Made by a program: the position numbers and the translations under genes. The notes under the pieces were generated by a model, which was not told where the DNA came from, searched no databases, and saw only the letters and a program-made list of their open reading frames with translations. A DNA stretch of 58,026 nt, counting the filler, from Basidioascus undulatus (taxonomy: Eukaryota): assembly GCA_000826855.1 (NCBI GenBank). It is 7 parts of 7 records of this genome, joined end to end, with 100 filler letters (N's around TTAATTAATTAA, not from the genome) between each part and the next. Parts side by side here need not be neighbours in the genome. Positions count along the whole stretch, not along the records: positions 41,550 to 49,742 come from JTLS01001427.1; positions 49,843 to 58,026 come from JTLS01001428.1; 5 more parts are not named here. One strand, written 5' to 3'. Positions 45,850-58,026 of the stretch are shown piece by piece (position 1 is the first letter of the stretch; every line of letters starts with the position of its first letter).

Positions 45850-47130
45850 CTGCTCGTATCAGAATCTTCGTCTCGAGCATCTTCTCCATCAGATCGCTCA
45901 ATTTCTCGTGCACGGTTTTTGTAGAGCTCATTTCGACCTCGAATTTCCAAGATATGGTCGATATTGGCATCAGGATGTCTTGCACGCCAATGCGGACCTG
46001 CGCCAGCATATCCGGTAAGTCTCCGCCGTTCTGCGGCTGCGTGCAGCGATTAACGATTCTGACTCCGTCTGAACATGTCATAGGAATGTAGAGTTCTATT
46101 CCAATGACAATGATTTCGAATATCTTGACACTCTCGAGAACGATCTCTCGCTCTTGCCGAATCTTCGCCGCCTCCAGATTGAGATCGCGTATAAATGTGG
46201 AGCTACCAGACGACTTGCTCGACCTGCCTTGCTCTTTCTACCAGGCCTCACCAAGATTGTTCTTGCAGGGGATATAATTACCTTTCTTTTGGTGGCGGCC
46301 GCATTCAATGTTATCGCGTTCGTGGCGCGCTCGAACGAGACACTTGAGCGCGTCGAGTTTCACGTCCTCAACTTTGCGGTGCCATCCTTGGCGTCTCTTA
46401 CCGGGCCACGCTCATTCGCAGCGGACTTCGGGAGGGCTCTTTTAGACATGCCTGGGCTCTCGAGCTTCAGGATGTACCGTTCCACCGGAGGATATCTCTT
46501 CGAGCGCCGTTCTTCCGGCATGACCACGCCACCTCGCTCGCTCTAGTGACTGAGTGAAGCCACTTGGAAAGGGCGGGATTACGCGGAGGAAGTGTTCTTT
46601 CATTGCCCGAGTCTCACGAGCCTCAATCTGGAACAAATGCTTGGTGCGGATGATACATCTGGAGTCCTGCGCGACCTTCGCGGTGCACCTCACAGGCGCC
46701 TGGACATTATCCTGGCCACTTTCGACCGATATCTTTTCGAACTTGCTCTCCTCCTCGATCATCTCGTTCTGGAGCTATACCACGACGAGACGCTTGAGCC
46801 CGACATGCTTGATGTACGTCCTCCTTGCTTGCCGAGAAAACATCCGGTGATTGAGCTGACATCATTGGTGCTACAGCGGGAAGTTCTTCCGGTCTCGCAC
46901 GCCTACCCCTCAAGAAATTCGTTCTCGATATCGCCTTACTTGAGGAAGTCGAAGCACCCTATGAGCCACGACCTGACCTACGTCGGGACATCCTCATCGC
47001 TGTCGCCGAGTTTCTCCCGAAGTTTGAAAACATATCCTGAGCTGGTAGATTCAGCAGTGGGTTCGACGCCCCCAAAGATGTGTGGCTACATATCGTTCAT
47101 TGCGAGGAAGGGCAGCATGGAGATCTAGAA
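45850..47130 (+). pseudogene. Leucine-rich-repeat / F-box-type gene remnant
   Basis: LPNLRRLQI, LPGLTKIVL, MPGLSSFRM and CPSLTSLNL repeats lie in one frame, interrupted by consecutive TAG TGA at 46544-46549. Confidence 0.6.
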
Positions 47131-47853
47131 TGCCAAGTGTATGTGGCCCTTGCGCTTTGATTCTTCGCGAGGTTTGATACTGATCAACGCTCTATAATTT
47201 AGGGGTATGTGGGATTTGGTATATATCTTTGCGCGCTAGGCAGTGTCTCCGGGAGGATGATGTACGGTTGCTGTGAAGCGAAAGTACGTATGCAACTCTC
47301 TGCCTAGCCACCCCAACGTGTATGCTTTGCGGGTTTTCGAGAAGGCACCTTGAGTCTTACCTGTGCCTATCCAGCTCGTGTAACCGCCATTCGTTCGGTT
47401 GGCATCCATCGAGTGTGACTGCGAAGTCTCACCGGATGCCTCATCACTCGTACGTCAAGTTGGTGTTCTCCAACGCAATCAAGCTTATCTCGCGGTGGAT
47501 TATAATGCTTCATATGCATGACCGTGATTTTCGCATTCTCCGGAGACGAAGCAGTCACGCCTGCAGATCGAGGCAGTCGCAACAGCTAATTTTAGCGCTG
47601 CACGCGGTTTTCATGGCAGGCCCGCCGTCGTGCGGGCGGCGATGCATGCAGTGGGAATGTGCACATCCACTGTGTTCCCGGAGTGATTTATGCATTCTTG
47701 ACAGCTCGTGCGACTGTTCTTTAGTCTACCGGTCACGATCGATCGAAGAAGTGGTCGTGCAGGAGGCAGACCGAGAGCATAAAAGGCCGGTCAGCAACGC
47801 CGTGTCGTCCCCATCTTGTGCACCGTTTCCTGTAACTCCATTTTCCTTTCATA

Positions 47854-48230
47854 ATGTTCCCCTACTTCTCCATTGCGGCGCTCTTCGTTGCCCTCATCGG
47901 CACCGCCGCGGCGGCCCCCAAGTCGAACCTGCACTACTACAACGGTCGCGGCAACCTCCTCCTTCGTGATGACCCTGACTGCGACGGGGTTGCCGGAACA
48001 GTTGAGGTCCCAGCTCCGTGAGTCACTGCGATCTGTGCACCTTTGTCGAAGAGCGAAAGGAATCCTCCTTGCTGACGCTGCCCCTGCTGCTACCACGTCC
48101 GCATTTCTTCTTCTATTTCTTACAGACACCTGATCAAAGGCTGAAGCTCATACTTCCGAAACAGGCTGATGAGAAGCACTACGACTGCAACCAGTCCACC
48201 GACCTGAGCGTCATCGGATGCTGCGAATAA
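47854..48230 (+). CDS. Small secreted cysteine-containing protein candidate; exon junction uncertain
   Basis: MFPYFSIAALFVALIGTAAA|APKS is a clear signal peptide. A CATAAAA box lies at ~47778. The terminal exon reads ADEKHYDCNQSTDLSVIGCCE*. Confidence 0.6.
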
Positions 48231-48949
48231 TTGCAAACGAGAAGCTCGTCAAGATGGTCGTGGAAGGGTTTTTGGGCATGGGGTTTAGAAGTCGGATATG
48301 CTGGAATTTGTTGAAGCGATTTTAAGCGATCTTGACGTCCAAACCGCAGAGAAGGGTATATCGCTTCCAAGGCGAAAAACAGAAACGTCAACGCGCAGTT
48401 CCATTTTTCGCCCAGCGGGTGATTAAGTGGGCTGAAATCGCTTGAAGAGTCTCGTACATCTCATGTGGCAGCTGTAGAGAGCTGAACGGTGACTACAACA
48501 CGAGAGCCGAATGGAGAAAGCGCTTGCGTTGGACTCTGACATTGAGCAGGACCAACAGGCAGCTTCAAACAACGGAAGCAGCAACGTGTAAATCCTATCT
48601 TCATAGAACCGCATCGTATTCACCATGGAACAGGCCTTCGCGCCTACCAACATTACCAAGTCCGCAAACTGATGATGTCCCAACCTTTAAACCCCTGCAC
48701 CCAGAGAAAACGTCTCTACACTGCACCGCAAACGTCCCCCGCCCTCAGCAGCAGCCACATGAGCACCCCAGCTGTCCCTTCTTAAGCACGACGAGGGCTG
48801 CAATAAGCGCTGTGAGCGTCGGCATGTTACCCCACACGCTCTCGACCGTCCGCTTCTCGCACTCGTCCAGCTGAAGAGTGTTGACAAGAAGCTTTTGCAG
48901 CTGCTTGGCGGGCGGCGGGTTGGGGGAAGACATGACGACGACCTGATAG

Positions 48950-49742
48950 ACAAAATGGCTGTGAGTTATGCGCGTCGTGAGTACTGTATTGGAAGTGAGA
49001 AAAGCACAAGGTAAGCCATGAGAGCATGAGCGCGCTGGCACAGCGGCGTGGACTTGTTGAACTTGGGCGGGTCGCGATGGCAGGGATCGACGGGCGTGGG
49101 CGCCCTCTTGGGCGGCGGTGGCGTAGCGGGCGGGGGCGGGGGCGGTGGTCAGGGTCGTGCGGGTTGTGGTTGTGACGAGGAAGGGGTTCTTGGTGGATGG
49201 CAGAGCAGGCGTTGCGTCCTGGTGGTGTGCCGCAAGTCATCAGCATCAATACTCGGTCAGAGCCAGTGCCGAACTCACCTTCCCACCCCCCACGCCAAAT
49301 GCGAACCTCTTCCTCCACCCCTCCGCAATAGCGTCCGTCTTCGTCTCGCGTTCCTCCCCATCCTCGCCCTCCTGCTTGACCTGCACACCCACTCCTACTC
49401 TCACACGTACCCCGGCAAGCCCAAGCACCCCATCCCCGGGCGTCCTGGGGCCCATCTCGCTGCTCTCGCTCCCGCCCACACCCTCCTCCGCCTCGTCCTC
49501 CTCCCAGGCAAGGATGTCCGACCCCCAAGCCGGGCTGCCCTCCCGCCCGCCGCAGTCGCTCGACGTCTCGGGCACGAGCACCCTGCTGCCCTGCTCCGGA
49601 GCGCGTGGCGACGCGCGCCGGCGCTTGCGCGCAGGACGCGGGCTGAAGCGGTACTGCTGCAGCGGGGACGAGATGTGCTCGAAATCGGATGTGGGGTGGT
49701 GCGCGTTGTGGGGGGGGGAGGGGGAGGAGGAAGAGGAGACTG
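48950..49742 (-). CDS. 3' portion of an unidentified low-complexity protein gene, cut by the contig end
   Basis: GC-rich frame DFEHISSPLQQYRFS...VKQEGED...WRKRFAFG followed by a GTGAGT..CAG intron and a further exon. The end is unresolved. Confidence 0.4.
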
Positions 49743-49842
49743 NNNNNNNNNNNNNNNNNNNNNNNNNNNNNNNNNNNNNNNNNNNNTTAATTAATTAANN
49801 NNNNNNNNNNNNNNNNNNNNNNNNNNNNNNNNNNNNNNNNNN
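49743..49842. other. Artificial 100-nt contig spacer with TTAATTAATTAA linker
   Basis: N-run with central linker. Confidence 0.99.
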
Positions 49843-50431
49843 GGGGAAGGACGCGTTTGATGAGATTTGGGGGGCGTGGAAATGAAGGGTGGGTGAAGGA
49901 GCAGTGAAGGGGCCGGGATCTGCAGAGAGAGGAGCAGAGGAGGGGGATCGCTTCTTGTACGGCCCGCGCTTGTACCCCCTCGCGCGCTGCTTGCGGTCCG
50001 AGTCGGCGCACGTATCTGCCAGGCCAAGCTTGGTGCACCTGTTCCAGTTCCCCTCCACCCCGCATCCCACCCGGCTCTCTCAGCGCTCTCCCTCTCCCTC
50101 AAACACACGCTCAGCCGGTAACTGACCTGAAGCAAGGCCTCTCGTCCCCCGAGCACCCCTTGCAAGCCTTCTGGCAGTTCCCGCACGCGTTCCGGACCTG
50201 CTTCCTCTTCCTCCCCTTTCCTTTCCCTTCCTGGAGGCCGAGCACGTCGGAGCTTGGGCCAAAGGGGTATACGACGGGGATGGCCTGCCCCGAGACGAGC
50301 GCGTGTGCGGCTTGGAGGGTCGAGGAGGCGAGGAAGGCACCGCACGGCACTGGGAGGGGCGCGGGGATGGGCGTGGGTGCGGGACGGGATGTAGATGGGG
50401 AGGTTGACGTTGATATTGAGGGCGGGCCCAT
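49843..50431 (-). CDS. Zn(II)2Cys6 transcription factor, 5' part, cut by the contig end
   Basis: RKRKQVRNACGNCQKACKGCSGDERPCFR|CTKLGLADTCADSDRKQRARGYKRGPYKKR. Confidence 0.88.
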
Positions 50432-50748
50432 TGCGGGTGAGGTGGTGTTATGGGAAGTCAGCGAGGAAGTGAGCGAGCGCGACGACGAAGGCAGGGGTCT
50501 CCTGCTGCCGATTCCGCGGTGCATTTCTGGGCTCCTCCGCGGACGACTGCAACTGCAACTTCACATGCTAAATCTCGCACACGTCACACGTCAAATCCCA
50601 AACATCCCACCGGTACAGAGATCGCCGGGCCGGCGATGCCCGCTCGCAGCTCACACACTTGCACACACACCTCTTGTCTTCTCCTTTCTCCTTGACATCC
50701 ACATCTTCATCAACCTACGTGCACACCTACATTTACATCCAACTGAAA

Positions 50749-53072
50749 ATGCACCGCCTCGTCCGCCCCGTCCTCCGCTCCTTCACGCGCCACGCACGCG
50801 CCTACGGCGTCTCCGCGTCCGAGGCGGCCCCGCCTACAGGCGTGAGCTTCGGACTCAACGACGAGCAGAGGGAGATCCAGGGTGCGTGTTCCGGTATGGA
50901 GTCGGAAGGGAGGTGGTGCTGAAAGCAAGGGGCGGGGATGCAGAGCTCGCGAGGAAGTTTACGAGGGACTCGATCGTGCCCGCTGCGGCTGAGCTGGACC
51001 GCACCATGGTGCGCTTGCCCCGTCCTCTAGCTATGTGTGAGTGTGAGGTCTGATGTGTGGTGTGGTGTGTTGGGGTGGGGACAGGAGTACCCCTGGGAGA
51101 TCATCAAAGAGGCGCACTCCCTTGGTCTGATGAACACCCACATCCCGGAGGCGTACGGCGGTCCGGGACTGGGGCTGCTCGAGTGCGCGCTCATCTCCGA
51201 GGGTCCGTCTTCCCCATTGCCACCCCTCTCTCCTTCACCAAGCTGAGAACGCGAGGGCACCCAGAACTCGCCTACGGCTGCACCGGCGTCCAGACCGCGA
51301 TCGAAGCGAACGGGCTCGCCCAGGCGCCGCTCATCGTTGCCGGCTCGGACGAAGTGAAGCGCGAGTTTCTGGGGCGGATGAGCGAGGTCGATGCGGAAGG
51401 GAGGCCTTACATGGCTGCTTAGTGGGTTTTTGCTTCTCTTTGGGATTGAGGGAGGAAAGAAGAAGGCTTATGAGGGTGGGGGATAGCGGCGTCACGGAGC
51501 CTGGCGCGGGGAGCGATGTGGCGGGCATTAGGACGACGGCGAAGAAGGTCGGGGACGAGTGGGTCATTAATGGGAGTAAGATGTGGTAAGTCCTTCCCTT
51601 TTCCCCCCTTCCTTCCCTCCCTCCCTTCGTTTTGCTACTCCAGTAGTATACTGAGAAGAGGTGGACGCACCAGGATCACAAACGGCGGGAAGGCAAACTG
51701 GTTCTTTGTCCTTGCGAAGTCGGACCCGAACGAGAAGGCGCATAAGGCGATGTGCGTGCTCCTCTATCAACAAATCCCATTGCTTCCTTCTGACACCTCT
51801 CGTGAACCTGCTAGGACCGGCTTCGCCGTCGACGCCTCCACGCCGGGCATCACGATCGGGAAGAAGGAGGTTTGTTGCATTTCCTGTCCTCCTTGCCATT
51901 CTTTCCCTCCTTGCCATTCTCTTCCTCTTCCTCTTCTGACTCTGTAAACGGCGGGGGTGGCTGCAGATCAACATGGGCCAGCGCTGCTCGGACACGCGCA
52001 TGATCACGTTCGAGGACGTGCGCGTCCCCGCGGCGCAAGTCGTCGGCGCCGAGGGGCAGGGGTTCAAGGTCGCTATGGGTACGTACCATTCTTCTCACCC
52101 CTCCGCCCCCTCCCTGCCCGCATCGTCCATCTGTCCTTCTCTTCTGTTCCCCCTTTCCCTCGCTCTCGATCTAAGTGACGCTGTGTGCTTATATTGCTGT
52201 GAACGGCAATGCTGGGACACAGCCGCATTCGACATCACCCGCCCGCTCGTCGCGAGCGGCGCGGTCGGCCTCGCCCAGCGCGCGCTGGAGGAGGCGACGA
52301 AGTATGCGCAGGAGCGGAAGGTCTGTTTATTTTCTACTTTTGGGAAGGGGGCGAGGAGAAGTGGAGTGGACGCTGATTTTGGACTTTCCACAGACCATGG
52401 GCAAGCGCATCATCGACCACCAGGCCGTGGCGTTCCTACTCGCCGGTGCGTTGCTCGTCTTCCCTCACCAATTCTTGGTGGGAGAGAGAGAGGGAGAATG
52501 ACTGAGAGATGGATGGGGGTGACAGACATGGCCGTCCAAGTCGAGTCTGCGCGCAGCCTGGTGTGGAAGGCCGCGTGGGCGAAGGACTCGGGGCTGCGGA
52601 ACAGTGCGTTTTCTTCTCCGTTCTTCTTTTCCGCTCTTCCGAATGGCTATTTGAGCTCTGTTCTGTGCGACATCAGCCTACTGGGCGTCCATCGCCAAAG
52701 TCTTCGCCTCCCGTGCGGCTGTCGCCAACGCCGACAACGCTGTCCAGGTCTTTGGAGGCGCGGGGTTTAACACTGAGTATCCGGTGGAGAAACTCTACAG
52801 GTGCGTTGCCTTCCGTGTTTTCTCCCTTTCCTCTTCCTTTCTCTTCCCCTTCTCGCCTGCTGCTGTCCTCGGTTGCGCTGATGTGTTTGGGCTTGGGCGT
52901 GCGCGTGAACAGGGACTCGAAGGTCCGTTTCTTTCCCTTTCAAAAGAAGAAGGAAGTAGGAAGCTGATGTGTGGATGTGGGTGGTGAACAGATCTTCGAG
53001 CTCTACGAGGGGACGAGCCAGATCCAGCGCCTTATTATCTCGAGGCATCTCGAGGGGCTTTATCCGGTTTGA
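50749..53072 (+). CDS. ACADM: Medium-chain acyl-CoA dehydrogenase, mitochondrial, multi-exon
   Basis: Arg-rich presequence; [103 protein letters not shown], with the MCAD-type catalytic Glu. Confidence 0.96.
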
Positions 53073-56000
53073 GATCGGGTGAAGGGTGATGTGTGACGGG
53101 CCGGTGGGAGGTACGCCGCACACCGATAGCATACTTCTCTTGATAGAATGTTCTTGTAACGTTACGGTGGGATATTCGTCAACTCTGAACGTGAAAGATG
53201 AGCAAACGGGGTGTGGGCGTCGGCAGTTTGCAGTGTTGCGGTACTCGCTACTCTGTGAAGTGACTGTGTGTATGTAAAGAGGGACTGCGTATCTTGTTTT
53301 GATGATCGTGGGGCGTCATGATTGCAACGCTTTTAAACTACTATTGCATCTCCGACTCGCGTGGGGGACAGACCGCCAGCCGCTGGTGCAGCGTGAGCCC
53401 ACGCAATTCAGAATCAATCTCATCTGCAACCCCTTCTACCCACCGATTGTAAAGCGTTTATTTTGGTGTCGTTGATCAGAGGACAGAATTTTGTCCGATG
53501 AAGATATCCTGGCATGCAGCACCATGAGCTGTACTCCGCACACTTGTGAATCAGTCGACGCTACCCTCGGACGGTCGTCGTAATGGGCTTCAGGGTGCTG
53601 TTTCTACTGTGATGCTTCAGTGGTTCGACTGCGGCATCCCCTGCATGGTGGTTTACCCGCTCACCCTGTCCTTTGAATGAAGTGCCTAGGCCTGAAGTTG
53701 ACTGCTCAAGTTGCTTTCCCAAGAGCAGAAATAACGGGTTGCTTGGGAAGAAGGCAGGCGTTCTACTCCTCCTGGACTGCATTCTCCAGCAAAGTCATCT
53801 GTCAGCTGTTTGAGCACTCCGCCCGGGCACTTCGGCGGTCTTAACGGCTGATCTGCAGTAGCAGCAGCAGCAGCAGCGCAGGTCGGGGAGCCTCCCGTCA
53901 CGGCCGTCGAGCCGCATCCTTCTGCCTAGCCATGACGACCTTTTCCGACGCCTCTTCCTTGTTCTTGTTCCATGCGATACCCACTTCGCTACGATAACCA
54001 TAACATTACTTATACGTCGCTTCCTACTCTTCATCGGGATGCAACCTTGTTCGCCATGTACCACCAGTTTCTCGCAGCCCCATGTGTTTGCTCGTCTCCC
54101 GTGTCATTGTTTTGTTTGTTTGTGTTCTGCTCGCTGTGTTGCCCAATAGTCTCGTTCTGTCTTGCGCCTGTTGTCCATGCGTTTGTTTCGTAACTGGAGT
54201 GCGCATGTATCACCGTCAATGAGCTAGCATACGCGATGAGTATCGTCTCGACCCCTGGCATCAACCATGAGGACTTTATCTTGCGCGCTAGAACGCGAAG
54301 AGTTGAGAAGAGCAAGCGGCGTCAACGGCAGAGAGTAAATAGGTTGTTTCACGAGACTGTGAACTTCAAGGGTTGTGTCCAAACAGGCACGTGTGTCTCT
54401 CCAGTGTTGACTAGCTCGAAGAATGGAAGGTCTGGCTGCCTGATTCAAGTGCCTCTCTCTTCTGAGACGGGCGGTACGGGACTATGCAACTGACATCTCG
54501 GGGTACGTCTTAGACATTGAAACCAATTGCGCTTGTGGTTTGTTGATTTTCTCGCCCCAGCTCCACTGAACATGCTACACACTTCCGAGCAGCTCCAACA
54601 AGTTGTGAGGACGAGCTGTCGACGGGATCCGCTCAAATGCTTAACCCATTTCCCAGCTACTTCCTCCAGCTGCTCCAGCCGTGGGTAGACTAAAACATGT
54701 TCTCACATCGATATCTCACACTTCCCTGCTTCAGCGATGCCGGTGGTCTCGCTACGCTTTTCGTAAGCGACTCCTTGCGGCAGCCTGTTGACTAGATTTG
54801 AGACATCAATACCTTTTGATAGACTCGCTGGGGCGCGTAGGCCAGAAGGTCCAGTAGAAGAAGGAAGGTGGGTACAAAATGAACAGCGCAAAAGGCGGCG
54901 TTTACCTGACCTTTTGGCTGCAGGTCCGCTCCGTGTAGAGTTTGCCATCGACGCGCGTCCCTCCTTTGATTGACTGAAGCATCCGCGCTCTCTCACGCCA
55001 ATTGATCGTGGGTACAGTATTTTATGAGTAAGTTTAGGTCTAAGACTGGCGTTCGCTGGATCGGATCGGATGACGGCGAAACCGGTACGTTTGTCCTCAT
55101 CCTTCATCTGCTTCAGCCTGTACCAGTACTGACCCTCAGGGCTGGTTCAAGGAAAGTATACCTTCATCGGGTACAACTTCGAGGCAGACATAAAATATGC
55201 AGCCAAGGGAGCTCTCGGCGTACCCAACCGGCTACCTCCCGCTGTTCAGGTGGGTCCGTTATGCACAGCAACTTCATCCATTGCGGAATGCTGACTTCAG
55301 GAAGCCCTATGATCGCAGGATTTGGCGAAGTTGATCTTTGACTGCAGCTACCAGGACCTTCCTCGCCTCCTTGTCGTACGACGCAAAGATGTGCGCTTGT
55401 TTTCGATCGTCTTCTAGGTAGCACAGTCTGAGTACTCAACCCGATGTTACGTGTTACTGGAGCAAAGACTCCCTCTTGGAAGCCTGGCGCAGAGCACAAT
55501 CTTGAAGGTGCTGTTCTTCAAGTCTGGATGGCCTACGGCGCAGTTGAAATTTTGTCTCTTTTCAGGGATTCGAAGTTCTCCAGGAGCTGTCCGACGTGAT
55601 TGACTCCCCTAACAGCCAAACGGGGGCCAACCTCGGCGGCCTCGCCAAGACGACCACGCGCCTCACCGAGCGCTACCTCAGCATTATCCCCCACGCCTTG
55701 TAAACCCTTGCCCGCTTCTCATCAGTGCAACGCTCGCCTTACTGACAGCGTCCACGCTTGCAGCGGTAGCCGTCGTGTCTGTTTCCTTTCTCTCCCATAT
55801 GCTCCGGTTTAGTTTCGCTGATCTTCATCACAGCTTCCTACCGTTGACAGCAAGGCCCTCCTCGAGCGTGAGCTCGAGCTCAAGTCGATTGAAGTGCTCT
55901 CGAAGGAGTCTAAGGAGTTCAAGGCGCCCGAGGAATAAGCGCTGAGCACGAGAGGGAGCACGCACGGGTGGGCAGCAAACATTACAGTGTAGGACATTTT

Positions 56001-58026
56001 CAAAGTTGTTCGGTGCGCTCAAAAAATTGGCTCAAAAGGAACCATCGCGGTCTTCAGTCGGATGGCTGACTTCCAGAGGCTGGCGGGAAGGCCGGGCGAA
56101 GAGGAGCGCTACGTGATGGCTCGTACATTCGGCGCCCCATTTCACCCCTTCCGTCGTCTCGAATAACTTGAAAACTCCCTGAACACAAGGGCGTAACGAA
56201 CTATGCGGGCGAGCATCTTTCCAGATTCCGTTGCTGGCTATGACGTTGTCCAAATTGATACCGCCTCTTATTCTTCGCAGGTATCTTGCGTCAAGGCCAG
56301 ACAATGTATAGAGCTGCCTTGAAATATGTTATTAAATTGTGCACCTTTTCCCCCTCGCAGGTCTGCGCATTGCCCCGCCCGAAGCCCATTTCTGGCTGTA
56401 GGGTTTGCAGCCGCACGTTATTCTCTGCCTTCGACTCAAGAGCTATGTCCTTCTCGATTGCCCTCTAGACGCTTTCGGAAAGGAGACATACTTCACAGAT
56501 GTCTTCTCGAAAAGCGTCCGGCACACTCACCATCATTTGTCGGACATCACCGGTCTTCTCCTCCTGTGTGAGGTCCAGCTCGGCGAATCTCTCTTTGAGC
56601 TCACAGACGGTGCGTACAGGCGTGCTTTGCTTGATCTTGGGCCATGCTCACCTCGCCCTCGGAATCTTCCATAACCGATCACAATGCCAAGCAGAAATGC
56701 TTTGTGCACAAGTCTCATCCTTACTCGACTACGCTTACGGGACTGACATGAACGTCTGGGTGACGGAGCAGGCTGCCGGAAAGCTTGTAACCAAAGGCAT
56801 CAGTCGCACGCAGCCGGTGGGCAGGCAAGGTACTGGAAAGGCCACGGGGAACTTGCAAACTGCTTGGCCTTCAAATGCCAGCAGGTGGGCTTCAGAACAT
56901 AAGCTTCCTTCAATCACTGTTCTTTGATTCTCTGCACTGGTCTCGCCTGGACGGACAGCAAACCTGGGTAGATACTCATGTTCAAGCAGAACACCAACTC
57001 TGTATAATTGTTCCTCCACTACAACGAGTTCATCGGTGCGGTTCCGCCGTCCTCATTATTGGTTGTCCTCTTATCGTCCGAAATGACCGTCTTTGTGCTG
57101 CCCCCACGGATAGCTTACAACGCAGTTTCCCCATTTACCACTTTTAGTGATTAGGCAAAAGCTGATATTCCATGCCTTATATAGTCTCGCGAGTCAAGGT
57201 GGGGCTCCATGCTGTTTGGCAAATGCAGTTCCTGCTTACATGGGATGCAACAGATCCGCTACCACCTCCGCGTCCGTTTCCGTTGAGTTCGCGGCAAACG
57301 GTTCTCTTTTGTCTTTGGGACTCTACTTGGATAACAGTTTACATATCAATGTTTCTTCTTTTTCACCACGTGTACCTCGCCCACTAAATCCCTTACGTAC
57401 CGGTTCAGGCCGCTTTCTTGTTCTATGAACTTTTTACCATCCGCCCTACTTTATCGTACTGGAGCGCCTGTTGGTTCGCTATTGCCACTAACTCTTTTGA
57501 ACCCTGTTCGCTTCCCTCACAGACCCCCGCCTTGGTGTTCGGCTCCTCAGCCCGAATCGGCAGTCATTGTCTTTAGGAGTTGGCAGACCAACGCCTGTCT
57601 ATCAGCGCGGCCACCTGGTTCATTCCCACCTTCTTTGCTGCTCGCCGAAAAGCGACGGTCGCCCTACTCCTGCATTGTGCTGTCACTATATTGACCAAGA
57701 ATCCCGGAATATTCTTATTCGGTGGCAGTTCAAATGAATGTAACAGGCTAACGATGGTAAAGTGAAAAGAAGTAGACCCAATCTTTTGTCAGTCTGTCCT
57801 TTCCCCCACTCACTCAGCGCTGCCACGATATAACTCCATTGTTTGACAACAACCCGCCAATTCAAGCCGCTTAACCCCTACTTGACCCCCTCGGAGGCAC
57901 GCTGAAGCGAGTTGACCCAGGTGCGGGTCAATTGACCTTGACCCCGTGTCATGAACGTCTTAACAAATATTCAATTCTCGACAACTGTCAAACCTTGCCA
58001 CCTCATTTTACGCTCTCACCCTTTCC

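Noticed and set aside
46544..46549. Stop read-through in the LRR-like frame
   Set aside because: Two consecutive stops (TAG TGA) fit pseudogenisation better.
48950..50431. Joining the Zn2Cys6 5' fragment to the minus-strand exons on the other side of the gap
   Set aside because: The contigs are ordered by size, so same-strand adjacency across the spacer is not evidence of linkage.

Overview
Intron-rich fungal genomic DNA, basidiomycete-like (GTRMGT/GTGCGT donors, CTRAC branch sites, 50-100 nt introns). The window is not one locus. It is seven ~8.2 kb contigs in decreasing size order (8226, 8217, 8206, 8200, 8200, 8193, 8184 bp), joined by 100-nt N spacers that carry a TTAATTAATTAA all-frame-stop linker, so adjacency across gaps means nothing. 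Recognisable genes: a Pfa4-type palmitoyltransferase, BuGZ/ZNF207, tRNA-Asn(GTT) with an intron, an Stb2/Stb6-family fragment, a PPR protein, twinfilin, a ~28-exon MFS sugar/polyol transporter, two Zn2Cys6 transcription factor fragments, a Gin4/Hsl1-like kinase tail, an NmrA-like protein, a cytochrome b2-like FMN dehydrogenase, the 5' part of NoxA joined to the 3' part of an SMP-30/gluconolactonase, Cwc2, Ecm15, a small secreted-protein candidate and a medium-chain acyl-CoA dehydrogenase. Lower-GC tracts between them hold decayed genes. The most notable observations are: (1) Pfa4 has DHYC plus a CxxS change, losing two ligands of the same zinc site, and has two GC-AG introns, one holding a coding-like alternative C-terminus; (2) the NoxA/lactonase chimera, which is either a real rearrangement or a misassembly; (3) a twinfilin start codon split by an intron. 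I found no convincing new multi-gene system. All family assignments come from motif recognition by eye, not database searches.
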